From positions 498,499,675-498,563,674 of the forward strand of contig NC_133618.1 of assembly GCF_048593235.1 (NCBI RefSeq): a stretch of 64,000 nt of DNA, given 5' to 3'. Below the pieces are notes generated by a model. It was not told where the DNA came from. It ran no database searches and was given only the letters and a program-made list of their open reading frames with translations. How positions within the stretch are numbered: position 1 is the stretch's first letter; every line of letters starts with the position of its first letter. The translations under genes were made by a program, and so were the position numbers. This document shows positions 12,888-25,173 of this stretch, in pieces. Origin of the DNA: Sminthopsis crassicaudata. Lineage: Eukaryota.

Positions 12888-13466
12888 TGGTCAGGAAGTC
12901 TTGGCTGGAGCTAGGGAGAGGGCCTTATTTGAACAGCACTAAGTGAGGGAAGTGGTAATGGTGAGTTTTTCTTGACTCTCTGAGACCCTGGAGGCTTGCT
13001 TTTGTGCTTTGTTGGGAGCACACATGATCCTTTTTTCTTGTAGTGTGAAACATCAAAGTTTATGAACTTGGTGTTATGGAATAGGCCATCCTTCATTCAG
13101 CCACTCTAGATGAGGCTGATCCACGGCCATGTTTCTAGACCTAGCTCTGACTTGGGAAGTCACTTAACCTTCACTGGGCCTTGATTTCTCATCCTCTTCC
13201 ATGAAATTCTTTCAATCTGTTCATGGTAAAAAAAAAATAATAATAAATGAATTAAGTGTTGGAGAAGAAGTGAATGAGGACTTTTTGTATTTTGAAAGGG
13301 GATAAAGAACAGCAGGAGATACAGTCAGAAGACTAGCCACTTACTGTTCATGTGAGCCCTTAGGTCTTGCCATGGGACCATGGAATCTGTGTTATCCTGA
13401 TTATTTGTCATTTTTATTGACCAATTTTGTTAATCGTTTTCATTTCCAAAAACATTCTTCCAGAAC

Positions 13467-13623
13467 NNNNNNNNNNNNNNNNNNNNNNNNNNNNNNNNNN
13501 NNNNNNNNNNNNNNNNNNNNNNNNNNNNNNNNNNNNNNNNNNNNNNNNNNNNNNNNNNNNNNNNNNNNNNNNNNNNNNNNNNNNNNNNNNNNNNNNNNNN
13601 NNNNNNNNNNNNNNNNNNNNNNN
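13467..13623. other. Assembly gap (157 N) inside the BBLN intron
   Basis: Run of N. Confidence 0.99.
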
Positions 13624-15388
13624 GCAGTTCAGTAATACTAACCAAGACATCAATGAAATCTCAAACAATATTTCAGACCCATGGTGATAAATTTGCTGCT
13701 GCTTCTTCTCCAAGCTTGACTGGCATCATTACACAGTATTCATTTCCTAAATTTGTGGTCACCGTGCTTTCTTTTTACACTGTTTTCATATTACATTAGG
13801 ATGAGATACAATCTTCTTATTGTTTCTTCTTTTAAAAGAGACTTTGTTGCCTGAGAAGGAACTTGTTTGAGAGATGCTAAAGAGCTGGGAGCCAGGTTGG
13901 GGCTGACTTAGAATCACAAATTTGTATAATGGGAAAGGTCTAAGTCTAGGCTCCAAATCTGGGAGGAGGTGGGGAAGGAAGATATATAATAAAACAATAG
14001 AACTCAATCCCTCGATGGAAAGTCATTCAACAAGGAAAGCATCTTGGGTTTTTGAGAAATAGCAGCTAGGTGGTACCGTGGATAGAATGCTAACTTGTAG
14101 TCTAGAAGATTTGTATTTAAATCTGGTCATAGATACTTAGTAGCTTGTGATCTTGGGCAAATCACTTAACTTTTCACTCTACTTTTCTCATCTGTGAAAT
14201 GGAGATAATAGCACCTATATCCAAAAATTGTAAAGTATGTGTTCAGCATATAATTAAGCAGAAAATAAATGTTAGCTGTTTATTCTAGAGGAAGGAATGA
14301 GAGTCCTATCAAAGTAAAATGTGTTTCCTCAGAAAACAGTGACATCTATCCAGTTATCACTGAGGTTCATAAGGATCATAGACTTAAAGCTAGAAAAGAC
14401 ATTTAGAAGCTGTCTTGTCCTTGTCCTTTATTTTACTCTATTGCCACTTAGGTCAAATTTACTGATCTATAAAGAGCTAAATGAGTATTATAGATCACCT
14501 AGAATCACAGAATTTTTGGAACTTGAAGGGATTTTTTAAAAAAAATGCAGTCATATTAAGCATATTTCTACATTAGTTATAAAAGAATCAGAACAGAAGG
14601 AAAAAAATGTAAGACAGAAAAACAAAGTGAAAATATTTTTGTTTCAATCTACATTCAGACTCCATAGTTCTCTCTCTGGATATGAATGGCATTTTCCATC
14701 ACAAATCTTTTGGAATTGCTTTGGATCACAATATTGCTGAGAAGAGCTAACTAAGTCAGTCGAGGTTGATCATTATACGATGTTAACTGTATACAATGTT
14801 CTCCTGTATCAGCTCATATAAATCTTCCTGAGCTTTTCTGAAATCTGCCTGCTCCTCACTTTTAGCATGTTTGCTCAACCATCCCCTTAATTTCCAATTC
14901 TTTGTCACCCCCAAAAGAGCTGCCTAAGTATTTTTGCACACATGGGTTTTCTTTCCCTTTTTCTGATCTCATTGGGATACGAGTCAAGTAGCCAGCTCTC
15001 TCATTTTAAAAGTGAAGAAACACTGGCTGAGGTTAGATAATTTTTCCCAAGGTGACACGGGTAGGAAGTAGCAGGGAAGGATACAAACTCAGTTTTTTGA
15101 TTCCAATTCTTTTGTTCCGCTATACTACACGAGTCATCATACATTTTCAAAAGAATAAGTATATTGATAATTTCATTTGATGCTCACCAGTAAATGTTTG
15201 AATTAATAGTCCTTTGCAGGCTGGATAGGGGGCGACATAGGCCTCATTTTACAGGTCTAGACTGCAGACGGTGAGAGGGAAGGCATGGGATGATGGGAAG
15301 GTCTCCGGTTAAGCTTGAGGGTGCTCTGGGGCTGGGGGTTGGCAGGCAGACCATAGTATTCACCCTCAGCCCTCCCTTCTCCTCTCAG

Positions 15389-15612
15389 AATATGCAGCCA
15401 TTAACTCCATGCTGGACCAGATCAATACTTGCTTGGATCATCTGGAGGAGAAGAATGACCATCTTCACGCCCGCCTCCAAGAGCTGCTAGAATCCAACCG
15501 GCAAACAAGAGTGGAGTTCCAGCAGCAGCAGCAGGAGCAGCAGCAGCAGCAGCAGGAGCAGCAGCAGCAGCAGCTCCGTGAGGGTCCGCCTGCCGCTCAG
15601 CCTCACTCATAG
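15389..15612 (+). CDS. BBLN: BBLN coding exon 2 with stop
   Basis: cttctcctctcag|AA acceptor. (E)YAAINSMLDQINTCLDHLEEKNDHLHARLQELLESNRQTRVEF + Q5EQ6EQ5 + LREGPPAAQPHS*. 79+224 = 303 nt, 100 aa. Confidence 0.95.
15520..15573 (+). repeat. Coding (CAG)5 GAG (CAG)6 GAG (CAG)5 trinucleotide repeat
   Basis: Read directly; in frame in BBLN exon 2. Confidence 0.97.
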
Positions 15613-15945
15613 GCCCTAGGGGACATCATCCCCTTATCCTTCCCTTTCCACAGCAGCCTCAGGAGCTCCTGCCCTGGAGGAGGCATTTGCTGGGTGAGTC
15701 AGTGACTCTTAAGTCTCTTCTTAAAGGGGCAAGGATGGTCCCCCAGCCACAGGCTGTGAACACCATTTGAGAGGCTGCAGAGACCCTGTTAAGCTTGGGT
15801 CCTAGTCTATTGTTTCCCTCATTTATAGATCCTGATCCCCAGGCCCAGCTGTCTGCATTTACTTCCAGAGGACCACCAAGGACTGTAGTAACTGCCAACC
15901 CAACCTGAGGGTAGGAGATTGACAGAATCTAGTCCCTCCAACCCC

Positions 15946-15951
15946 AATAAA
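15946..15951 (+). terminator. Proximal BBLN poly(A) signal AATAAA
   Basis: First canonical hexamer after the stop codon (~335 nt downstream). Confidence 0.55.
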
Positions 15952-16647
15952 ATTAAGCACCTCAGACCTAGGATCAGTTTGGGAGTGAGACAGGGATTCA
16001 TTGTCATTAAACAGATGTCTTTCACTGTGTCTTGTCTATTTTGCCCATCATATTCCAGATCTCATGACCTTATTTATTCCTTAAGAGGCTCTAATTCTGA
16101 TTCTAGCCCTTAGATCCATGGGTTATAATGAAGCCTTTTGAGCTGGAATCCACCTTAAATATCATGATGTCCAACTCCACCGTTTTACAGATGAGTAAAG
16201 TGAGTTCCATGTGACTTAGATGAGTTGAAAGAACTGCAATCATAGCTTCAACTAGTCAAGATGGTTAGTTACATTTTCCTTAGTTCCCAGAGGTAAGAAC
16301 TAGGAGTAATCGGATTGTGAAGGGACAAAAATACAGACTCCATTGGAGAAAAGACTTCTTAAGGAGAAGAGCTGTCCAGATGCTTTTAAGTGTTTTCCCA
16401 TCTCTATTGCCAGTCATAAGCTAGATGGCTCCAGGTCTGGAGCGTTGGATCGGGGATTCCTGCTCATGGCTGGCTGGCCTCTCGGGATCCTTTTAACTCA
16501 GATACTGTGATAGAAGTTGGTCCCTGGCTTCCCATCCGGTGAACTCTCCCTGTAGATAACACTATTGGTTACACTTTCTGCTCCAGGTTGGGCAGGTTGG
16601 GCCTAAAGAACAATTCATACCACAATGAAAACACTAAACCACAATCC

Positions 16648-16653
16648 TTTATT
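16648..16653 (-). terminator. CIZ1 poly(A) signal AATAAA (minus)
   Basis: ~100 nt after the CIZ1 stop; first canonical hexamer on that strand. Confidence 0.7.
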
Positions 16654-16750
16654 GGTTTCTGAATAAAAACAGCATCTCTTTTTCTACTGATCTAACAAAA
16701 TGTGCCCCTCCCCAATTGTCTGCTGCCCAGCTGGCTACCCCAGGGCCCTC

Positions 16751-17077
16751 CTATCTTGGCTTGTGACGAGCAGAACGGCGGCAGGGCTCAGGGGCCGACC
16801 CTCTACCTTTGGCTGTCGTGACCACCTCCTCCAGCTTCGTGGTGCCGGACTTCTCCCCACCCCTGGCTTCAGTGGGGGTCTGGGCCCCATCTGGATTGTC
16901 AGCATCATCATGGGTGTCGGTGCCCCCTGACTTACACTCAGCTCCTAGAAACTGGGCTGGCTCCTCCTGTTGCTCTGAACCTGGGGCTCTTGTCCCTTCC
17001 CCTGTCAGGGTGCTGAGAAGCTCAGGTTTTAATTTGGACTCTAGGGCTGGCCCAGGGTTCCTGGCTGCTTTGTATCT
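16751..17077 (-). CDS. CIZ1: CIZ1 last coding exon (equivalent of human exon 17), 108 aa + TAG
   Basis: tctctcttcctag| acceptor; RYKAARNPGP...EPCRRSARHKPR*, compared with human KYKAAKNPSP...PRRSTRLKT; 327 nt. Confidence 0.85.
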   Translation of the reverse strand, partial: RYKAARNPGPALESKLKPELLSTLTGEGTRAPGSEQQEEPAQFLGAECKSGGTDTHDDADNPDGAQTPTEARGGEKSGTTKLEEVVTTAKGRGSAPEPCRRSARHKPR

Positions 17078-18385
17078 CTAGGAAGAGAGAAATGGGCATT
17101 ATTATTAGGCTGAGCCATTCTTTCCTATGTGGGACATCTGGAAGCTTTGAGTTTCTACCTTTGGACCTCAAGGACAGAGAGAAGGTAGAGACAGCTGTGG
17201 AGAGAGATAGAAACCTGTCTTTTGGGCCTGATTTGACCTCAGACATGGCATGTGAACCTCGCTTACTCATTTTAACTTTGGGGAGCCTCAGGTGTCCCAT
17301 TCCTATCTCCTAGACATCCATAGGCTAAGTTGTTGGGGTACCATAGTCACTTCTAGGGAATGAAAGGATCGCAGGTTCATACATACAGAGCCCAAGAATG
17401 TGGAGCTAGTGTTGGGCTTGGAAGTCAGAAAGATTAATCTGAATCTTGCCCCCAGCACTTACTGAGCTGTGTTATCCTGGACAAGTCAGTCCTGATCTTC
17501 AGTTTACTTATGGCAACAAAAGTATCTACCTCAAACAGCTATGGTAAGGATCAAATAAAATAACGTGAAAGTACTTGGCAAACTTCATAGCAGCATATGA
17601 AATACTAGCCATCTTCATTCAAAGCCTACCTTCATACCAGTGAGGAAAGAGAGGCATAGAGACCAAAAGCTCCCCGTGACCAAGTCCAGTTTTAGGCAGC
17701 TGTCACCTAGGCCTGGGACCAAAAGCCATCTAGCACCAAAGGCCAGGTGGATCAGAGAAAAGGGGGTAACTTGCTTGTCCAGAATACTCTGTTGCTGGAT
17801 TTGATGGACTAGACTAAACTGCATTAAGGCGATGAAGCTGTTGGCTATAGGCCCTCCTTTCCACTGTTCACCTCTCTACTCTGATCTAGAAAATGAGGAA
17901 ATTTTGGCAAACCAGGTAGAAATCTCCCTTCTGCCAATGTCCCCAGAATCATAGGGCTCCAGTCCTTGGGTTTTTTGTTCCTCAGTTCCTGCTTAAAGCT
18001 AAAGCACCTGGGCTTAGTCCCTGTCTCATCATTTACTCAACTCCTGATGCCTTTGAAGCCAGGGCTAGCAACTAGCCACTGCAGAAGCTGGAGCAGCCCC
18101 TGTGGGGCTCATCCCTCAGTTGGTTGTCCCATGGCCAGGAGCAAAGTCTGGCACTGTTGCTGAATCTGAGGGAATGGGGTAGAATAGGGCTCAGGATGAT
18201 GAAGGTACTGGTCTGGAATAAGATCTTTGTGTGGGATCACAGGAGCCCATCCCTAATCACCAGGCCTGATAGATGGGGGTGAGAAGAAAAGAAGGCCAAA
18301 AGACATTCAAACCCAGGGGCAGGATGAAGTTGGGGAAAGGCAGGAGGGGGAGAGGATTGTCTGGGCAGCTAGTAGAGGCTCTAAC

Positions 18386-18507
18386 CTGAACGTTCTCAAA
18401 ATGCATCAAGGACTTGCAGTGGGCAAGCCGGGCTCCTGAGCTGCTATGGTAGAATTTATGGCACAGCCGGCAAAGATACCCCACCACAGGTACCAGAAAA
18501 TCCAGGC
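18386..18507 (-). CDS. CIZ1: CIZ1 exon (16-equivalent), matrin-type zinc finger
   Basis: (G)LDFLVPVVGYLCRLCHKFYHSSSGARLAHCKSLMHFENVQ; AG/GT boundaries; 122 nt. Confidence 0.95.
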
Positions 18508-18986
18508 CTGCAAAAGAGGGGGTATGGGAAGCAACACTGACTCTGCTCAGTGAGATCAGTGTTTCCTCCCCTGTTCCACAACGGTCAGTCTGTCTCTGGG
18601 CATCCTGTGCGAGTGGTGGCTGGGAAGGGAGGGGTCTCCCAATGTGCTTCAAACATCCCAGGGGTGTAAGATGACAGCATACAGGAGAGGATCAAAGAAA
18701 GCTAGACAGGTCACTTTCAGTCTTCCTGAACCAGCAGAAGTGACCTAGAGATTTGGGCTTGGCCACATTGGGGAAACCTGAAAAATCTCTGCATTTGAGT
18801 GAGAAGGGCTGACATTTGGCTTGAAGATCAGTGCTTTCCCACAGACAATACGGTACGCTCGGCTCCCAGAACTTCACCCAGGCTCATACTTTACTTTCCA
18901 GAACAAAGCCCAGAGGGCAGGCCTGGCTCATGGACCTGCTAAGCTGAGAGCAGAAGCTCACTATTGGCACTGGGAGAATGACTTAC

Positions 18987-19056
18987 CATATGTCTTGTCA
19001 GGAGAATACTCCTCCAGGCCTTTCCAGTCATCTGCAGACTCTTCCTTTGGTCCCAC
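18987..19056 (-). CDS. CIZ1: CIZ1 exon (15-equivalent)
   Basis: VGPKEESADDWKGLEEYSPDKTY(G), compared with human VRSRDISREEWKGSETYSPNTAYG; GTAAGT donor; 70 nt. Confidence 0.92.
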
Positions 19057-19818
19057 CTGGCAAAAATGTTTGAGTTGTAAGGGGGTGAAACCTGCCTTAG
19101 CTGGATCCCATTCACCAGTGCTCAAACTAGACCCCATTAGTCTTTAGATTTTTCTTAATCTGCACCCTGGGCCTTTGACTAAATTGATAAGCTCAGTAGC
19201 CCTTCCTTTTGCACCCGGTGATTTTTTGGGAGAGAAGGAGATGGGAAGAAGAAAAGTCAAATTTGGGTGACAGGGCATGTGTAAACACTAGGAGTTACAA
19301 TGGGGTCCCTGAAGTGTGGGTAAGAGAAAATTCACAGGGTTGCCATAGGTGAAAAGCCATCCTCTCCATCCTACCTGCTCCTTGATACTACACAGCAACC
19401 CCCTTTTCTGGGTGCTTCCATTTATCTGCATTTATCTCTACTTCAGAGGCACTCAAGCTCCTTCCTTTCAAAATAACAGCACTCTAAATTAGAGCTGAGA
19501 AAAACTTCCGATGTCACATGTAAAACAAAACTTAAACTGGGTTGTGAAATGACCTATTATCAGGAATTGTCTGATCTGTATTACTATTTTATATACCCAA
19601 GATCATGAAAAAAAAAATTTTCAAGTAAAAAGAGGTCTTAAGTGAAAAATGTGTAAGAAACCCTGCTCCATAGTCCACTACCCTTCTCATCCCCATTCCA
19701 CAGATAAAGAAAGGGAAGGTAAGGGCCTTGAAATGAGATGCCTGCCTAAGATCACATAGGTAGGAAGTGGTGGAGATTTGGATCCATATGCCCACCCTCT
19801 GGACACAACCTTGGGTAC

Positions 19819-19986
19819 CTGCTTGGTCTCCTCGCTCTCTCCAACTGCCTCGCTGCCCTCATCCTCTTCTGCATCTTCTTCCTCATCCTCTTCCTCCTCA
19901 TCCTCCTCAAAACAACCTACTGCATCCACTGTGATGAGTTCTTCTGCCTCCTCAGGACTTCCTGGCTCTTTCTCCCCAAGCCGTGC
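19819..19986 (-). CDS. CIZ1: CIZ1 exon (14-equivalent), acidic domain
   Basis: ARLGEKEPGSPEEAEELITVDAVGCFEEDEEEEDEEED...ETKQ; weak CAG|GTACCC donor; 168 nt. Confidence 0.9.
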
Positions 19987-20113
19987 CTGTCAGAAAGGAC
20001 AAGGGAGCCCTTCAGCTCTTGAGGACCCAGTACTGCTACCCCCAGCTCAACAGAAGAACACCAGTGAGTGGCCCCATCACAGGAAACAAAGAGGGGCTCT
20101 ATCCCTTTCTTAC

Positions 20114-20227
20114 CTCCTTGGCTTTTTGCTTGTGCTCCGGGGATTTCATATGCTCCACAAACTTTCGGGGGGTCTTAAAATGTCGGCTACAAGCAGTACA
20201 AAAAGGTCGGAGGGAGTGTTTGGCCAG
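20114..20227 (-). CDS. CIZ1: CIZ1 exon (13-equivalent), C2H2 zinc finger
   Basis: LAKHSLRPFCTACSRHFKTPRKFVEHMKSPEHKQKAKE; 114 nt. Confidence 0.95.
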
Positions 20228-20803
20228 CTAGGAGGGGAAAAGTAGAGGCCCTTTAATATCTCAGGCTATGAGAGGATTGATCCTTTAGCCTAAGCCTTGT
20301 CCCTCCAAGTCTACCCACACTGGTACCCGCAATCCTCTCAGCTGTTTCTTTCCTTCTTCCAAATATGTGGTCCTAGGGAGACTGCCCAAACTTAGCAGCA
20401 AGAGATTCAGATGCACATACTGTGCATCAAACTAAGCTCTTTTCATGCATTTAGACACTAAAACCTATACTTTCCACCAAGGAGACAGCCAATAAACACT
20501 ACTCAAACCTAGGACTGAATTTGGTCAGAAGGAGGGCACACAGGGTAAGGGGGAGAAAAATCCCTGAAGCAGAGACTCGAGCAACAAAGAACAAGAGACA
20601 CTGAGGTTAAAGGAATAAAGCAACTAAAACCAGCAGTGGCCCAGAGGAGTAATGGGGAGCCATCCATCTCCTCTGACAAGTGGGAGGACTCTCTTCCCCT
20701 TGCCACCTCCCCACTCCAGGCCAAGCCTGCACAGTATACAGCAGCAGTGTGCATCTGAGCCAGGCTGGCGTCTTCTTGGCAGCAGCCTCCAGAGGCCCTC
20801 TAC

Positions 20804-20891
20804 CTTATGTTCCTGGGTCCTGCGATGCTTTATCAGATCCCCCAGGAAATGGGTCTGGCAGGTATTGCACCACCGCTGGGACTGGGTTTCC
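20804..20891 (-). CDS. CIZ1: CIZ1 exon (12-equivalent), zinc finger
   Basis: ETQSQRWCNTCQTHFLGDLIKHRRTQEHK; 88 nt. Confidence 0.95.
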
Positions 20892-21471
20892 CTGAAAAGG
20901 CAAAGGCGAGTTCAGACCCAAGACAGGGTCTGACAAGACCGGCCAGGGCACTCCCCCCTTCTCGGAGTTCCCTGGCTGCCTCAGTCCCAGACCAGCTCTT
21001 TCCCCTCTCCCCTGGAAAGCAGCTTGACACTGCCTACTCCGTGTGAAACTATAAAGGCTGAGAAGGGGTCGCCATTGAGGTCTATGAATATAGTTGAGAG
21101 TAGCACTAGCATGGGAATGCTCAACAGATCCCCAGATGTCAGGGGGAGGTTGACTTAGCTGCTCCTTGGAGCTTGCTTCCTCCTCTGTGAAACTAGGGGA
21201 CTGATCTCCAAGGTCCTCCCATTGCTGGCCCAGAAGTCTAAACCAAAGGACTTGGGATCTAGTCCAACCTCATTTGACAGAAGAGGAAACTGAGGTCTCC
21301 AGAGGTGAAGTGACAAATGACTTGCTCAGAGTCAGACAGACGCACTGAAGGGGAGGAGGTCCTGGAGGGCTGGCCCTGCCTTTCTGCCTCACCTCCAATG
21401 CTTGGGCTTCTGGTTGCCTGGGACTGAACCCCGTCTCCTTCAGGAGCCTACCACAGCTGCCCTGCTCTTAC

Positions 21472-21602
21472 CCATCTCGCTCCGCAAGGGCACCCTGTTC
21501 CCGAGTCGTGGGCAGCAAAGACAGGAGGCAGGCATTACTCATGTGCTGAATCTCCCCAAGCCGCTGCTGATGCTGGAGCCCAGCCATATGGGCCTGGAAG
21601 TT
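21472..21602 (-). CDS. CIZ1: CIZ1 exon (11-equivalent)
   Basis: NFQAHMAGLQHQQRLGEIQHMSNACLLSLLPTTREQGALAERD(G); 131 nt. Confidence 0.95.
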
Positions 21603-22601
21603 CTGCGATGGGAGGGAATGCCAGCTGTGGAGTTAGGACCTGACTGTGGGCCTAAGGAAAAAGGGCAGCTGGGAGAGGGATGGGACCTCGGGAAAACTAA
21701 GGGTCACGGCTTAGGATGTATAACTGGCAGCCTGGGCTGGGACAAAGGAGGGATCCCTTAGGAGACCTTGGGATGGTTTACCTTCAAGGTCCTAAGGAGC
21801 ACGGCCTGGTGGCTGAGACTTTATCTTCTTCCAAGAGTCAGGAAATAAGGCACATTTTTCAAGGACTTTAAAATTTGCAAAATCACTTTCTTGAATAATC
21901 CTGTGCAAGATTATTTCCATTTTATAGATGAGGAAACTGAGGCTCATGAAATTAAACGCCTTGCTCCAGGTCATGTATCATAGTAAAGGACAGATGGTTA
22001 GATTGAGAGCTGAAAGGGATGGGAACTTCAAGGTTCTCTAGTCCAATCCCCTCATTTTACAGATAAGGAAGTGGACTCCAGGAAACTAGGTGACTTGCCC
22101 AGAGTCACATAAACAGTGACAGCCACAATTTGAACCCAGGTCCTCTCTCTCCATATATCAGGTATGCTTCCTTCTACACTCTGCTGGCTATTTTAGAAAG
22201 GATCCTGGCTCAGAAGAACTTGAGTATGAAATCACAGGGCTTAGACTCAGGTGGATACATAGGGGAGTAGGGAAGAGGGAGAAGAGGTGTACCCTCAGGG
22301 GAGGGTCAGAGAACCTGGTGTTAAGACTCAGGGTTAACTAGTCTCAAAACCTGAGCAAGCCATTTGGTCTCTGAACCTCAGTTTCCTCTTCTACAAAATA
22401 GGGGTAATACCGTCTACCTCCCAGTGTCATGATGAGAAATGGTGGGTGTGAAGTCCTGCTCATTGTATAGCCCTGCTGCCCCTCTGTCAGGAGCCACGGT
22501 TACTGGCTTATCCAGGCAGAGACAGAACTATTAGCCAGCTCCAGAACAGCCCCATGGGTACCTTCATCCCCATTTCTCTGGGTCCTGCCAGCAGCTCTTA
22601 C

Positions 22602-22784
22602 CTGCTGGTTGAAGCAGTTGACCTTGCAGATGTAACAGAAGAACTTGAGTCCAGGCTCTGGGCTGGAGGCGGGAGTGCCACTGTCACCCAGCCGGGGTCC
22701 AGGCTTTGAGGCTGTCGTGCTGATGGCTCGGCTCTCGCTGCTCTGCTGGATTGTCACCTTCAGAGAGCTCCCTGAGCTCACCAT
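22602..22784 (-). CDS. CIZ1: CIZ1 exon (10-equivalent)
   Basis: MVSSGSSLKVTIQQSSESRAIST...LKFFCYICKVNCFNQQ; 183 nt. Confidence 0.95.
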
Positions 22785-25099
22785 CTGGACATGAGAATCA
22801 CCGAGTGCAAAAACACAAGGGAAGAACTGAGTCCCAGAGAAGGCAGCTTGCCTGAGGTCACATACAGACCTAGTGGCCAAACTGGTATTTGAAAGCCAGT
22901 TGGAGGAAACAGAAAGAGCAAGAATACCTTGGCTGGAGAAAAAGTACATGGTTCCCCCCTCCCAAGCCTAGTCTCCTGTACCTAGTAGCAAGTCCCCCAA
23001 ATCTCATCCCCCCCATCATCCTAGGCATTTTCCTTGCTCATTTAGATAGTAGTGGTTATATGGGGAGAACTAGTTTGGGATTCAGCAACATGTCCTAGTC
23101 CTAGATCTGTCACTGACGCCCCAGTAGAGATCCCCCCTTACCACACCCAAGTATTGCCAAGCAACACAAAACAAAGCCACAGTGGTTATGTTTTAAAATG
23201 TCTGTTTGCAGCTCTCCCCCCAGTGACAGGAGGCACACTTCCCCTTCTGAAGTCCTGACTGGGCTCTAAGGCAGGTGTCTCTCTCTTCCCTGACAATCTC
23301 AGCCATCCTCAGCTCCTGCCTGTCTCTCCCTATTCACATCCAAGCGGTTGGCAAGGTTGTTAATTCCACCTTTACAAAACTCTAGCTCAGATGCTCCACC
23401 ATCCCCTCTGACCTGGCCCAGCCCATTATAGGAAACTCCTAATCCATCTCTCTGCTTCCAATCCATTCTCCACACAACTGCAGCAAGAAAAAAACGATGC
23501 AATGACACTCCCAAGGTCTCTCAATAATTTTTGACATGAGAGAGGCACAGGACCGCCCGCCATGGTATGCCCTCATCAAAGATGAGGTATTCTATAAAAA
23601 ATGCAAAATTTGATTAGCTCAAACTCTAGATGCACACGATTAGAGAATCCACCCCAAATGTTCATAGGGACTGTTGGTGTCTGACCTGTGGCAGAGGACT
23701 CTGAGCTCATATTGGTCTGATCAGCCACAGTAAGATGTGCTCTAACTTGACTCTAACAGGGATATCATTTTGGTTCTCTTTGAGAATGAAGAACAATAAT
23801 CATCCAACCAACCAGCCAAAATTGGTCTGAAAAACAGAGCTGTGATCTCCTACTGGCTCCTTAAGGCCTCTAGGATAAAATATAATCTCCTTTATTTGGC
23901 TTTTAAAATTCTGGCTCCAGCTTATCTTTCCAGACTTATAGCACATTACTCTTTCACATATCCTGCCCAAATGGCCTAGTTCCTGACTTTTTGTGCCCCC
24001 AAACATAAAATTCCACTCCCAATCTACAGGCTTTATACAGGCTTTACACTCCCCACCATTTCTCCCCATTCCTCTATTACCTCCTCTAGACCAGCTAGGT
24101 AGCACAATGGATTAAGCTCTGGGCTTGGAGTCAGGAAGACCCGAGTTCCACTCAGTGCTTCAGCCACTTAACCTCCGATCTCTTAACTGTAAAATGGGGA
24201 TAACAGCCCCTACTTCTCAGGGTTGTTATGAGAACCAGATTTGTAAAGCTTTAGCACAGTGTCTGGCACCTAACATGTACTTAATAGTTCTTTCCTTTTT
24301 TCCTCCCCCCATGTCTGTGATGCCCTCCCTGCCTCCTCATCTCTAGCAGTCATAATATCTAGTTCTTTTGTCTTTCAAAGCATACTTTTCCCCTCCTTCT
24401 GGGTTGCTAGTACCTCCTTTTTACCATTTTGTGATTCCTTCTCTGTTTTGTTTCTCTTCAATAGAAAGTACACTTCTTGAGGGCAGGGATGATTCTACTT
24501 TTGTCTGCCCCCAGCACATAGCACAATGCCGTGACATAAAATAGGTTCCTAATACTGACTGGATGAATTTCGAGTCTACTCATTCAAATCATTTCCTCAT
24601 CTCCAGGACAGAATATGACTTGTCCTGCTGACTTTCACCTCTCAAGACTAATGTAAGACTCCAATAAGAAAATGGATATGAAAGGGCTTTGAACTGCTAA
24701 AAGACCAGTAGGGATGCTCAGGACTATTTATTTTTAGTCAGGAGAACAGTTGCCAGGGATTATCATCATAAAAGCATTTCTAGCTCTTGTGGAGAAAGGT
24801 ATGGTAAAAATACCTCCCTCCCCCATCCCTCACATCTGCACAGCACCACTTCCAGATGCATGATCTTATTTGAGTTACTAACACTTCAAAAGGGAAGCAG
24901 GTCAGGTTTGTTCCCATTTTATAGAAGGAAACCAAGGCTGAGAACACGAAGACAGAGAGCTAGCTCAGCTCGCCCACATGCTGGCATTCACATCCTTTCC
25001 CCCAGGCTCACCAGGATCCTGGTGATACGCCAGCCTGGAAAGCAACAGCTTGGCACCCACCCACTCTCATTTTTTCTCAGCCTGGTTCTACCCACTCAC

Positions 25100-25173
25100 C
25101 ACTTCAAGGTTTTTGGGCTCCTCTGGGACTTTCCAATCCTTGCTGGTATCTGGTGGGTCTGCTTCAGCAGCTT
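25100..25173 (-). CDS. CIZ1: CIZ1 exon (9-equivalent, divergent)
   Basis: ctgttctacttctcag| acceptor and GTG|GTGAGT donor; (Q)AAEADPPDTSKDWKVPEEPKNLEV. Phase 1 to 0 fits its neighbours; little sequence homology. Confidence 0.7.
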
